Of a stretch of DNA of 53,224 nt, positions 24,895 through 33,518 are shown in pieces. Position numbers and translations under genes: made by a program. Each line of letters starts with the position of its first letter. Positions within the stretch are counted from its first letter, which is position 1. The notes under the pieces are model-generated. The model was not told the origin of the DNA and made no database searches. It saw only the letters and a list, made by a program, of their open reading frames with translations. Source of the DNA: a virus; the IMG/VR virus record IMGVR_UViG_3300036791_000129, positions 1 through 53,224 of that record; one strand, given 5' to 3'.

Positions 24895-25129
24895 TTCTTT
24901 TCCTCCGTGGCCCGTCTTTCCATTGCCGCGCGCATATCCATTAGCGCATTCAATTTTAGTAAATCAATGATATCAACATATCCTTCTTTAACTTCTTTAA
25001 CAGATATCAAACCCTCAAGTATTGGTCGCCAAATAACTAACTCTTGAATAAAATCCTCGCGCAAAACACCTAATGGACTACCGTATCCGCTTGGACCACT
25101 CCAATAAGGGTTTTGCCTCGCGTAAAAAG
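24891..25129 (-). CDS. Putative -1 frameshift extension of the tail assembly chaperone
   Basis: The -1 frame is open from about 25137 to TGA 24891..24893 (about 78 codons; I checked for stops) and has no plausible own start. CTT TTT A lies at 25129..25123 inside the overlap window. Confidence 0.35.
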
Positions 25130-25510
25130 TTCTGTATAATTATACCTCAATACTTCAATAATCAATGATACCACATCGAAAACATTATCAGTAGCTCGAT
25201 TCAAAGCCGACTCTTCAAGTTTCTCTGGTTGTTGATTCTCAATTATCACAGAAATATATTCTGGATTTAGCACTCGTTTTGCTAAATCAACAAGCGAATC
25301 ACCATCCAAAGATTTTGAAATTCGTTCTACAGCAGAACTAAAAGCCTCAGTATTATCCTTTTGTTCCCTAGCTTCCATGATCGCAGTGAATGGAGCCAAG
25401 AAACGTTTCTGCACTTCACCTAATATCTTCAATGAAAGGAAAGCATCATATCTTCTAATGAAGAATTTGTTGCCATTATCCAATTGAAATTCGTGTCTGC
25501 TAGGTGCCAT
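25070..25510 (-). CDS. Tail assembly chaperone (146 aa)
   Basis: It lies between the tube and tape measure genes and has an overlapping -1 ORF downstream. Confidence 0.55.
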   Translation of the reverse strand: MAPSRHEFQLDNGNKFFIRRYDAFLSLKILGEVQKRFLAPFTAIMEAREQKDNTEAFSSAVERISKSLDGDSLVDLAKRVLNPEYISVIIENQQPEKLEESALNRATDNVFDVVSLIIEVLRYNYTELFTRGKTLIGVVQADTVVH

Positions 25511-25513
25511 TTA

Positions 25514-25960
25514 TTATGCTGCCGAAGCAAATGTATTTCCACCAATCAAATAAACTGCTGGCGCACCAGTATGAATTGCCCATGCCCTAGTTAGAATTTC
25601 TTTACCAAATTCTGCATCAGCAGGTTTTACAATCCAAGCTTGCGAGGCAGCAAAGATTGTTTCGCCACACAAATCTTGAACTAGAATTGGCAAGATTTTA
25701 CCACCACAAGTCAAGGTGTCTAACTCAAAACAAGCAGATAAGAAATCATTTGCTGGTGATGTTTGTTGCAAAGTAACTGTGACGGTGCATCTACGATCTG
25801 AATTAATAGCGCGGGCAATTTCACCATCAGCACCAACTTGTGTTGTAACGCCATCATTTTGCATGACAATGCCAACAAAAGTACCATCAGCAAAACCACT
25901 AATAGGAAAGCCACCAAAAATAACCAATACTTTAGCGGCATTATAAGTGCGAGTCGCCAT
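25514..25960 (-). CDS. Tail tube protein
   Basis: 148 aa, directly after the sheath gene. The YNAAKVLVIFGGFPISGFADGTFV...VTLQQTSPANDFLS pattern is typical of the DUF3277-type tube. Confidence 0.65.
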   Translation of the reverse strand: MATRTYNAAKVLVIFGGFPISGFADGTFVGIVMQNDGVTTQVGADGEIARAINSDRRCTVTVTLQQTSPANDFLSACFELDTLTCGGKILPILVQDLCGETIFAASQAWIVKPADAEFGKEILTRAWAIHTGAPAVYLIGGNTFASAA

Positions 25961-25974
25961 CTAACATTCTCCCT

Positions 25975-27069
25975 TTATGCTGCCGAAGCCACTGGCAAGT
26001 TTTCATAAGTTAGTGTGCCCATGATAGTAACCACATGAATTGCGCCAGCTAACCGCGCAGTGAAATACACATCTTGCAATATGCGCGATGCTTTAATGTT
26101 AGAAGGAATATTTGCTGACAATGGAACTTGAATTGTATAACTTGGCATTAGATTACCGTTAGAGTCAACTTCTTTTGGCGCAAGACCACCACGCGCAACA
26201 CCCATATCCAAAGCTTGTTGCAATCGCGAACGAATAATTGCAATGCCGGGATCAGTGTATGGAATCCTGTTATTAACCATCTGTTGAAAAATTGTTACTT
26301 TAATTTCTTCACACAACCAATCGCGAAAACGAATTACATCAATCCACTCGCCACCAGCAACTTGTCCGTTTTGCGTAATAGAAATGTTGCGGAATGGTTC
26401 AAATGTATTGCCATTTTTGGCAAAGACATTTTGTGCATTACCCTCAATCATATTCAAAGAATTAACACCAGCTAACTGTTGGTTAGCCCAAGTTTCTTGA
26501 CCAGGGTTTTTAGTGAAACTAACCGCAGCAATTCCAACATCAGGGAATTGCAATGGATCAGTATTATACCACCAAGCAGTGCGGAAATAATTACCATTCA
26601 TCAAATGATAGGCTGTTGAAGTGGTATCAGTGCCAGGAGCATTTGTATTATTAGGATTTGACAATACAGTAACGAATAATTTTTCTTGCGCTTCTACCCA
26701 AGCAGCAATTGATACGGCGCGCGATTCATCATGCTTTACATCACAGATGCCATACCAATTATTATTTTGGTTAATGATATTAACTAGATCAGTAGGAATA
26801 GAGCCTTTATCTAACCCAATATACAATTGTGGTGGATGTGGAATTTGTGAAAAGAATGTTTGTGCTGCCAAATAAATTTGACTAGTAGGTAGGCAACCAT
26901 AAATATTTATCAAATCATCTGGATCAGTAATAATAAAAACAACGTTAGTGCCTGAACCAGAAGGCGGAGTAAATACACCAAACAATAGCAAATCACTAAA
27001 TGTTTCTTGGGTTATCCCAACAGTTTGCAGTGAGATAGTTACATTAACAATGCGATCAATATTAGCCAT
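25975..27069 (-). CDS. Tail sheath protein
   Basis: 364 aa, upstream of the tube gene. The MANIDRIVNVTISLQT... start is typical of DUF3383-type sheath proteins. Confidence 0.65.
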   Translation of the reverse strand: MANIDRIVNVTISLQTVGITQETFSDLLLFGVFTPPSGSGTNVVFIITDPDDLINIYGCLPTSQIYLAAQTFFSQIPHPPQLYIGLDKGSIPTDLVNIINQNNNWYGICDVKHDESRAVSIAAWVEAQEKLFVTVLSNPNNTNAPGTDTTSTAYHLMNGNYFRTAWWYNTDPLQFPDVGIAAVSFTKNPGQETWANQQLAGVNSLNMIEGNAQNVFAKNGNTFEPFRNISITQNGQVAGGEWIDVIRFRDWLCEEIKVTIFQQMVNNRIPYTDPGIAIIRSRLQQALDMGVARGGLAPKEVDSNGNLMPSYTIQVPLSANIPSNIKASRILQDVYFTARLAGAIHVVTIMGTLTYENLPVASAA

Positions 27070-27637
27070 TGCTGTTTACTCCATGTGGATCAACATAAGG
27101 AATCTCAATAGTGCAAGTTTCAGTTAGTTCTGACGAATTTGAATTTGATGTTTGGCCATATGTACCTTCAACAATAACAGTGACAATAAAGCCAACATTC
27201 TCTGTCAATCGTTCTGTGTAATAAAAATCAAATTGATAAATTGCCCGATCTTCCCATTGCGATTCATTCAACAATGCTGGCACCCGCTGTAAAAACAATC
27301 GAGTGCCAATCGAAACGTCTAATTCATTTTGTTTATCCAGACTAGAATCAAATGCTAATGCAGTAGCTAACTGACTAGCAATATTTATTGAATCTGGTCC
27401 ACAGAAGAATTGCAAACTAATAGTAGCACGGCGCCAGGAACTAACGCCACGATTACCTTGATAATCAACTAACGAATCAATATAATCAAAATCAGGCACA
27501 TCATTACTTGTAAAATCAATCATCACATATGATTTAGCAATGCGCGATGAATTTTGACTAGACCAAATAACAGGGATATTCAATCCCAATGTTGTATTCA
27601 ACACAAAATCTAACAATTCCCAGATGCCAGGAATCAA
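27062..27637 (-). CDS. Neck / tail-completion protein (191 aa)
   Basis: Assigned from its position between the head-tail joining genes and the sheath. Confidence 0.4.
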   Translation of the reverse strand: MIPGIWELLDFVLNTTLGLNIPVIWSSQNSSRIAKSYVMIDFTSNDVPDFDYIDSLVDYQGNRGVSSWRRATISLQFFCGPDSINIASQLATALAFDSSLDKQNELDVSIGTRLFLQRVPALLNESQWEDRAIYQFDFYYTERLTENVGFIVTVIVEGTYGQTSNSNSSELTETCTIEIPYVDPHGVNSNG

Positions 27638-28038
27638 GCTACGTTCTCCATTTTATAACCTTCAATTAATTCGCAAGCCCAATAACGCCAATGCGAAACT
27701 ACAGAGGAACGTAAATGTTGAAAGTTCGATTCACCAAACAACAGATATTGAGAATTATCGAACAAAAATATATCTCCTGGATATGCACCATGAAACCCTT
27801 CAATTGCTTGGTTCACACATTGCAATCTAGTGTCAGTATAAATCTTGATATAACCACTAACACGACCGCCATATGGAGTCATCGCAATTTTATTCATGTC
27901 TCCTGTTGATGGTTCCTGCACCGTGGCCATGATAATTAGCTCCTGGCCCGCAGCATCATCAACAATATACACGCCATTTGACCAATAGCCTATATTCCTA
28001 CGAATGACTGTAAATGGTTTACGAAACGAAGTTGTCAT
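27634..28038 (-). CDS. Neck / head-tail joining protein (134 aa)
   Basis: Assigned by position only. Confidence 0.4.
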   Translation of the reverse strand: MTTSFRKPFTVIRRNIGYWSNGVYIVDDAAGQELIIMATVQEPSTGDMNKIAMTPYGGRVSGYIKIYTDTRLQCVNQAIEGFHGAYPGDIFLFDNSQYLLFGESNFQHLRSSVVSHWRYWACELIEGYKMENVA

Positions 28039-28535
28039 GATTCAGTTTCTCTAGTTATTCTTAGTCCATTTCCACTAATAATTTCATAGTTAACAGCATT
28101 AACCATTCTGCCAGTATCTATCAAAGGTGAACTTGACCCTTTCGCTTTTATAGTTGCTGGCGCATCTGGCACTGCCCATTGTTTAGCTTGACGAATAGTT
28201 ATTCGCACTTTAGATTGATACCACATGCCAATATAAGTCAATACATTATTGACTCTATATTTTCCATCAATTAATCCGCCAATCAACCGCTCAGTATAAG
28301 CATATACGCCATCTCTATAACGATCTGCTGTGGTGGCCATGAATGGACGCGCAGGAATATGTCTGGTTCCAAATTCATTCCAATATGCATAGTCAATTAC
28401 TGATGTGCCTTCATAATCTACACTACCCATCAAACCAACTTTGACTCCTCTACCTTTCAATTGTTCAAAATCAAGTTTGATTCGTTGCCAGCCCATATCT
28501 TTTTCAATTACATTACTTACCATATCGGTCGCCAT
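28035..28535 (-). CDS. Head-tail joining protein, HK97 gp10-like
   Basis: WNEFGTRHIPARPFM matches the gp10-family signature. Confidence 0.6.
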   Translation of the reverse strand: MATDMVSNVIEKDMGWQRIKLDFEQLKGRGVKVGLMGSVDYEGTSVIDYAYWNEFGTRHIPARPFMATTADRYRDGVYAYTERLIGGLIDGKYRVNNVLTYIGMWYQSKVRITIRQAKQWAVPDAPATIKAKGSSSPLIDTGRMVNAVNYEIISGNGLRITRETES

Positions 28536-29050
28536 ATGTTTAACGCTATTGGGATAACTTCAAAAGTTAATTGCGTTGCGCTTTTACATGGATCGCCAAA
28601 TCGAGTCGTTATTGCCCCGACACCACATCTAACCCAAAATCTATTCCATACATCCCAAGGATCAGATGGTGGCCGATTCGATAGATTTGATAACCCTTTA
28701 GCATTAGTGCTTTGTGCATACGTTACTTGAATATCTCCTTCTCTTTCAGAAACAATAGGACCGGCTACTGGTGGCGTATAACCACCAGCCATTGTTTCGT
28801 TACGCAAAGAAACTAGATATGCAGTAAAGTATGCTTGCGCTAAATCTTGTTGACCAGTAGGTAAACACCATGGCCGTGATTCTTCTGCTAACGCAATCAA
28901 TTGCGTTAGCGTATCTGGATCAACATATTGCGGGCTTTGTGGATCAAACAATTGTGGAAAAAATAACTGTAGCACCGTCACTACATTATCGTAGTTTGGC
29001 GACGGTGCTACAGTTTTGACAGTTGGATTGTCCAACGTTATTTCCACCAA
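28517..29050 (-). CDS. Head-tail connector / head completion protein (DUF4054-like by position)
   Basis: 177-aa ORF downstream of the capsid genes. Confidence 0.4.
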   Translation of the reverse strand: MVEITLDNPTVKTVAPSPNYDNVVTVLQLFFPQLFDPQSPQYVDPDTLTQLIALAEESRPWCLPTGQQDLAQAYFTAYLVSLRNETMAGGYTPPVAGPIVSEREGDIQVTYAQSTNAKGLSNLSNRPPSDPWDVWNRFWVRCGVGAITTRFGDPCKSATQLTFEVIPIALNIWRPIW

Positions 29051-29054
29051 CTAA

Positions 29055-29447
29055 CTATGCTGGCGATGGATGCGGCATATCTGGTTTCACTATACCAACA
29101 ATTTGCCAACCATCGGTTGGATTCCACGTTGTATGCCATTCAACAATACCAGGTTTATTTGCCCCTGGTGGAATAACAATAGGATGGGAAGGCAAATCAA
29201 TACCAGGACCAGGGGGCCAAACTGTAGGTGGAGGTAGTTGTGGTGGCAGAACAATTGGATGTGTTGGCATGTCAATACCGCTACCAGGGGGCCAAATTCC
29301 AGGTTTATTACCACTACCCGGAGGCATAGGACCACCACCTACACCAACGCCAGTTAGTGAAGCTTCACCAATCAAAACCACATTTTGCGTAGTACGATTA
29401 TACTTATCGAAAAGTACACCACTAAACGTTAGTTCAACGGCTGCCAT
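29055..29447 (-). CDS. Proline-rich repeat protein (130 aa)
   Basis: Repeats WPPGSGIDMPTHPIVLPP / WPPGPGIDLPSHPIVIPP. Located in the head module. Confidence 0.55.
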   Translation of the reverse strand: MAAVELTFSGVLFDKYNRTTQNVVLIGEASLTGVGVGGGPMPPGSGNKPGIWPPGSGIDMPTHPIVLPPQLPPPTVWPPGPGIDLPSHPIVIPPGANKPGIVEWHTTWNPTDGWQIVGIVKPDMPHPSPA

Positions 29448-29476
29448 AACAATACTCCTTTACGATGTTAAAACAA

Positions 29477-29713
29477 TTACTTCTTAGGCTGTTGTTGTTC
29501 CCCTTGTGCATGTTGTGGGTGTGATGGTTGTGCTGGCGGCGCATCAACTTTCTTTAGTATTGTTTGATCACTGCCAGGAACATGTTCTTTAAACATGTTT
29601 TCAACTTGCTCATTCTTTAGTGCATCATCATGCACTTCTGCTGGCAAGCCAGGAGTTAGTATTACGCCACCAACATGAATGACGCGCGCAGAGTTATTAA
29701 CTACCCAAGCCAT
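29477..29713 (-). CDS. Hypothetical head-module protein (78 aa)
   Basis: ORF directly after the major capsid gene, with a Q/P-rich basic tail. Confidence 0.5.
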   Translation of the reverse strand: MAWVVNNSARVIHVGGVILTPGLPAEVHDDALKNEQVENMFKEHVPGSDQTILKKVDAPPAQPSHPQHAQGEQQQPKK

Positions 29714-29723
29714 ATTGTTTCTC

Positions 29724-30713
29724 CTAAGTAGTCAACGCAGTTAGCAACGCCAACGGATAGTAAACCTGCACACCAGCAGTTCGTGCCATACAGTTAGTCT
29801 TAATTTCCAAGTTCTCTGCTTCTGGCGGGAGTTGCGTAAACGGCATCACGTATTCATGCGCAAGATTGTCTTGCGAACGTTCATACAGCAATGCCAAATC
29901 TTTAGTGCCGTTAGTAGCAGCGTTTTGCAATTCCCAAATGTTCTCTACAGTAACGCCAGGATAGTTAGATGAAAATAGTCCCAATGCAGTAATTGGCAAA
30001 CCGCCCGGACCAGTCACAAAGTTAGAAGATGCAGCGGCATACGCTTTTGGTGCCAATTCAAGAAAATTAGCAACGTGAATACCATTATTTTGCAATTGAT
30101 ATTGCGTCGCCAAATACACCATGTTAGCGTAAATTTGCGCACCAGTTAGAGTCTGCCAATCACCAACATTCGGCAATACTGCAAGTGGAAGGTTAGGAGA
30201 ATTAAACAAACCAAACAAACCGAAGTTTGCATCACCATTCAACTTGATAGATGCAATTTTCAATTCCATTGCACGCCGCGCCATATCTGCTTTGCGTTGA
30301 TCAAGACCAACGCCAGTAGCACGGCTCGCGCGCAATTCATTGACATTGAAACCATAACTATCGCCAAGTGTTTTGACAGTTACAGTTTTCTCTGCGCCAC
30401 GAATATCAACGCGCGGTAGATCATCGGCATAGTTGGAAATTACTTTCGCCATGCCAACAGGATCAAACATTCTGATGGTTATCGTTTCTACCCACTCGGG
30501 AACACTAGTATCGTCTGGCACCAGACGATTAGCATTCATCATGGGGAACAAACGATCATAAGTCTTAGCTTTAATAACATCAAGCTGACGCATCAACCAC
30601 ATGCCAGCCAGTGGTACGTCAGCTACCGCAATATCTTCACGAAAATTCTTCGCAACAAATTCTTCTGTTACTGCCAGATCGCGTGGATTGTATTGTGAAT
30701 TATCAAGAGGCAT
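29724..30713 (-). CDS. Major capsid protein
   Basis: 329 aa, positioned after the scaffold and decoration-like genes. DUF2184-type pattern, recalled from memory. Confidence 0.65.
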   Translation of the reverse strand: MPLDNSQYNPRDLAVTEEFVAKNFREDIAVADVPLAGMWLMRQLDVIKAKTYDRLFPMMNANRLVPDDTSVPEWVETITIRMFDPVGMAKVISNYADDLPRVDIRGAEKTVTVKTLGDSYGFNVNELRASRATGVGLDQRKADMARRAMELKIASIKLNGDANFGLFGLFNSPNLPLAVLPNVGDWQTLTGAQIYANMVYLATQYQLQNNGIHVANFLELAPKAYAAASSNFVTGPGGLPITALGLFSSNYPGVTVENIWELQNAATNGTKDLALLYERSQDNLAHEYVMPFTQLPPEAENLEIKTNCMARTAGVQVYYPLALLTALTT

Positions 30714-30736
30714 TGAAGTAACTCCCTATACCAATA

Positions 30737-31237
30737 TTATGCTGCTAACGGATAGTGCATTTCAACAAGCGCAACGTTAACTGCTGTACCACCAAGCAAA
30801 TCAAACACTGATGCTGAAGCAGTTCTAAAGATAGAATGCAAAAGCAAAGTATTACCAGTTGAAATTGCCGATACTTGACCGTTAGCTAAAACATAAACTG
30901 GCGCACCATCAAGCAGACCAGTAGTTGCGCCACCAACTACACACCATGCGCGCCCGCGCGTTAGTGTTGATACCGCATCATATTGAGTATAACCACCACG
31001 CGATGCAATCAAATGATCATGCAACGAAATGCCAACAAAGTTAGTAGTGCCGCCAGGAGCAATGATAATTGAATTAGCGGCGGTTCTAGACGCAATGAGT
31101 CCGAAACCAATTGCCACGGCTCCACAAGCAAAGGTTTCAACATTATCTTCCATAGAATCACCTTTCATGCCCGGCATCGCTTGAGCATAAAAGTATGGTG
31201 CATTATATGGAGGCGAACCACTAATTGTTTGTGACAT
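30737..31237 (-). CDS. Capsid-associated (decoration-like) protein, 166 aa
   Basis: Beta-rich, G/A-rich ORF immediately upstream of the major capsid gene. Confidence 0.4.
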   Translation of the reverse strand: MSQTISGSPPYNAPYFYAQAMPGMKGDSMEDNVETFACGAVAIGFGLIASRTAANSIIIAPGGTTNFVGISLHDHLIASRGGYTQYDAVSTLTRGRAWCVVGGATTGLLDGAPVYVLANGQVSAISTGNTLLLHSIFRTASASVFDLLGGTAVNVALVEMHYPLAA

Positions 31238-31248
31238 GTTATTGATCC

Positions 31249-31914
31249 TTAACCAAACAGATTTTTACAACGAATGAGTCCAAGCGTTAGCAAACCAAAC
31301 GCTAGTATTGCAATACTAGCGGGCTCCGGATTATTTACTACTGCATTAGCTGATATTGTACCAGCAACAGATGCATCAAATGAGCAAAGTGTATTGCCAC
31401 AAATTGACAAACCGGGCGGAGTTGAAATGTTACTAAAACCAAGATTGAATGAACTAGGCGGAATCAAATCTACTGCCGGAATCACATCAGATGCCAACGT
31501 TAATGAATCTGGCGGGTTATTTACATTAACCACCAAGCCAGGACCACCAAGCGCACCCACCGCAGCATCAGTAAATGTTCCGGAAAGAAAATCAACGCCA
31601 GTGCAACCCGGACCACTAGTAAAACAAAATGATCCACTAAAATGTTGCACTGCCAAACCAAGTGCAGTTTGTGCAGAATCAGTACTGTTAGCAGTCAAAT
31701 CAAAATCAGCAATAATAGGCGTAGGATTCATAAACAACTGACTAATAGTAACTGCTGCATCTACAATACTCAAACTAGTTGCAGTATCAGTTCCATTAGC
31801 AGTTGCCGTTAGTGTATTACTTGCTGAGTTTTGACCGAATGCACTAATTTGAATCGCGTTAGCTACTACGGGCGCGCAACATGCAAGTACAGTAGCAAGT
31901 AGGAATTTACGCAT
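31249..31914 (-). CDS. Secreted PEP-CTERM domain protein (221 aa)
   Basis: N-terminal signal peptide MRKFLLATVLACCAPVVANA. C-terminus NNPEPASIAILAFGLLTLGLIRCKNLFG, i.e. a PEP motif, a hydrophobic helix and basic residues. Confidence 0.65.
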   Translation of the reverse strand: MRKFLLATVLACCAPVVANAIQISAFGQNSASNTLTATANGTDTATSLSIVDAAVTISQLFMNPTPIIADFDLTANSTDSAQTALGLAVQHFSGSFCFTSGPGCTGVDFLSGTFTDAAVGALGGPGLVVNVNNPPDSLTLASDVIPAVDLIPPSSFNLGFSNISTPPGLSICGNTLCSFDASVAGTISANAVVNNPEPASIAILAFGLLTLGLIRCKNLFG

Positions 31915-31916
31915 AG

Positions 31917-32078
31917 TTATTTTCCTTTCCTAGCCGGAAGATGTTTAGTGCCACGCTTCTTATCTGCTTTCGCAAAGTCTTTAGCTACTGTTTGCGGAAT
32001 CCCGGCTTTCTTAGCAAAGGATTTACTATGCGCAGCAGCACGCATAAAGTTAGCTTGTGCTTTACTTTTACTTGGCAT
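31917..32078 (-). CDS. Small basic protein (53 aa), DUF3008-like pattern
   Basis: MPSKSKAQANFMRAAAH...GIPQTVAKDF. The track offers a GTG start at 32102, but AGGA lies 8 nt upstream of ATG 32078. Confidence 0.45.
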   Translation of the reverse strand: MPSKSKAQANFMRAAAHSKSFAKKAGIPQTVAKDFAKADKKRGTKHLPARKGK

Positions 32079-32083
32079 TTTCG

Positions 32084-32272
32084 TTATCCTGTCAATAACC
32101 ACCCATGTTTAGCTAAACGAAACAAAACTATCAACAAACACAACAACACTACTATAAGTTTCAAGACCGGATCAATTAAAAGTGGGCCACGCGCCACTAA
32201 CACAATCAAGTCAATAGTCCAGGCTGCAAGGTATGCAACTACGAAATAAACAATTGCAATTTCTTGCATCAT
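32084..32272 (-). CDS. Small membrane protein (62 aa, two predicted transmembrane helices)
   Basis: IAIVYFVVAYLAAWTIDLIVLV and LKLIVVLLCLLIVLF hydrophobic segments. Confidence 0.5.
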   Translation of the reverse strand: MMQEIAIVYFVVAYLAAWTIDLIVLVARGPLLIDPVLKLIVVLLCLLIVLFRLAKHGWLLTG

Positions 32273-32275
32273 ATT

Positions 32276-32476
32276 TTACTTTTGTTCGGCATCTGCAATT
32301 TCCAAGTATGTGCCGTTAGCTATTACTTGTTTAGCATCAGACAAACAAGTATTGCATGGTTCCGCGCAAGAAACCTTATTTCTACCTAAGCACATAAAGA
32401 CAGCTAGTTGCCACTCTAGATTATAGGCAACATCGCCATCATTATGCTGCGGTTTCTGCTTTAACTTCTTCACCAC
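32276..32476 (-). CDS. Hypothetical Cys-containing small protein (66 aa, GTG start)
   Basis: ORF overlapping the scaffold gene end by 35 nt. The start is uncertain. Confidence 0.4.
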   Translation of the reverse strand: MVKKLKQKPQHNDGDVAYNLEWQLAVFMCLGRNKVSCAEPCNTCLSDAKQVIANGTYLEIADAEQK

Positions 32477-33518
32477 GAATCCGTTTCAACATTCTTTCTC
32501 TAGCTGCAACAGAAGATGGAACTTGTTCCGTATGGCTAGTGTTATTTCCACTATCCATGCGCTTAATCTGATTAGAAACTTTCTTGCTACGTTCAGATTG
32601 CATGGTCAAATCAAATGCACTGTCAACGTAATCATCTGATTTGCCATCAAGCTTTAGTTCAGGATTCAATTTGTTGATGACACTAACTTTCAGATCACGA
32701 TCCGAAAGTCCATCAAACTTAACTGCATGGGTTTCAGCAATAGATTCCAAAGCAATACGTTCTTTCAATTCGCTCCTGGCGGACTCACGCACCGCTTTGA
32801 TTTCTTTCTCATGGTTAGAAATCTTAGTGGTTAGTGAATCGCGTTCCGCTTCAATAGTGTCAAATCGTTTCTTCAATTCAACAAACTCATTCTTGGATTT
32901 AGTGAATGCATTAATAACTTCTGGTGAAGCAACATATTCAATTTCGTCAATTCTAACGGGAGAAAATTTGGGTTCGGTAGGCATAACATTATCCTCCAAT
33001 TCAAAAAGACCATTAACTGCATCAGTAGAATCAAGTCGCAACTTAGCATTACCAGCGCGACCCTTACTAACCGTTGCTAAGTGGTTATACAAAATATTTA
33101 TTTGCTTACAATCATATTGCTTTCCTTCTATTTCACCAGGGGTTTCGTCAACATCGCATGAATAACCAAGTGACAGATCCCGATTACGACCTAATGCAGA
33201 AGGGTTATGGATAACAATTTCAGCTAAAACATTAGAATCTTGGCGTTCACCACAAGTTACCACAGTTCCAATAATGTTAGAAGTATTACTTGAACTAACC
33301 AATCCATTATGCCCATTGGTAATGGGAATACCACGCAAACTTGCTAGACTATCAGTTTTGAATACTTCTTCATCCGAACGAAATTCTTTCGTTATTTTTC
33401 CATCAGATTTACGATACTCAAATATACCAGATCGCGTAACGATTGGCTTATCTCTAATCCAACCTTCACGAGTAACAGTTGCTTTCATGTCTATCAGATC
33501 ATATCTAACAACACTCAT
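32442..33518 (-). CDS. Scaffold / prohead-maturation protein (DUF2213-like N-domain, coiled-coil C-terminal half)
   Basis: VTRSGIFEYRKSDGKITKEFRSDEEVF...LRGIPITNGH pattern, followed by a long helical K/E-rich region. It lies between the Mu-F-like and capsid genes. Confidence 0.5.
   Translation of the reverse strand: MSVVRYDLIDMKATVTREGWIRDKPIVTRSGIFEYRKSDGKITKEFRSDEEVFKTDSLASLRGIPITNGHNGLVSSSNTSNIIGTVVTCGERQDSNVLAEIVIHNPSALGRNRDLSLGYSCDVDETPGEIEGKQYDCKQINILYNHLATVSKGRAGNAKLRLDSTDAVNGLFELEDNVMPTEPKFSPVRIDEIEYVASPEVINAFTKSKNEFVELKKRFDTIEAERDSLTTKISNHEKEIKAVRESARSELKERIALESIAETHAVKFDGLSDRDLKVSVINKLNPELKLDGKSDDYVDSAFDLTMQSERSKKVSNQIKRMDSGNNTSHTEQVPSSVAARERMLKRIRGEEVKAETAA

Noticed and set aside
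29023-29487. The 154-aa plus-strand ORF antisense to the proline-rich gene, and the alternative-frame 82-aa ORF at 29090..29338.
   Set aside because: CCN proline codons read as GGN on the opposite strand and keep the frame open. Operon context supports the minus-strand 130-aa frame.
31274-31741. The 155-aa plus-strand ORF antisense to the PEP-CTERM gene.
   Set aside because: The minus-strand frame has a clear signal peptide and sorting signal and fits the operon. The antisense product is low-complexity.
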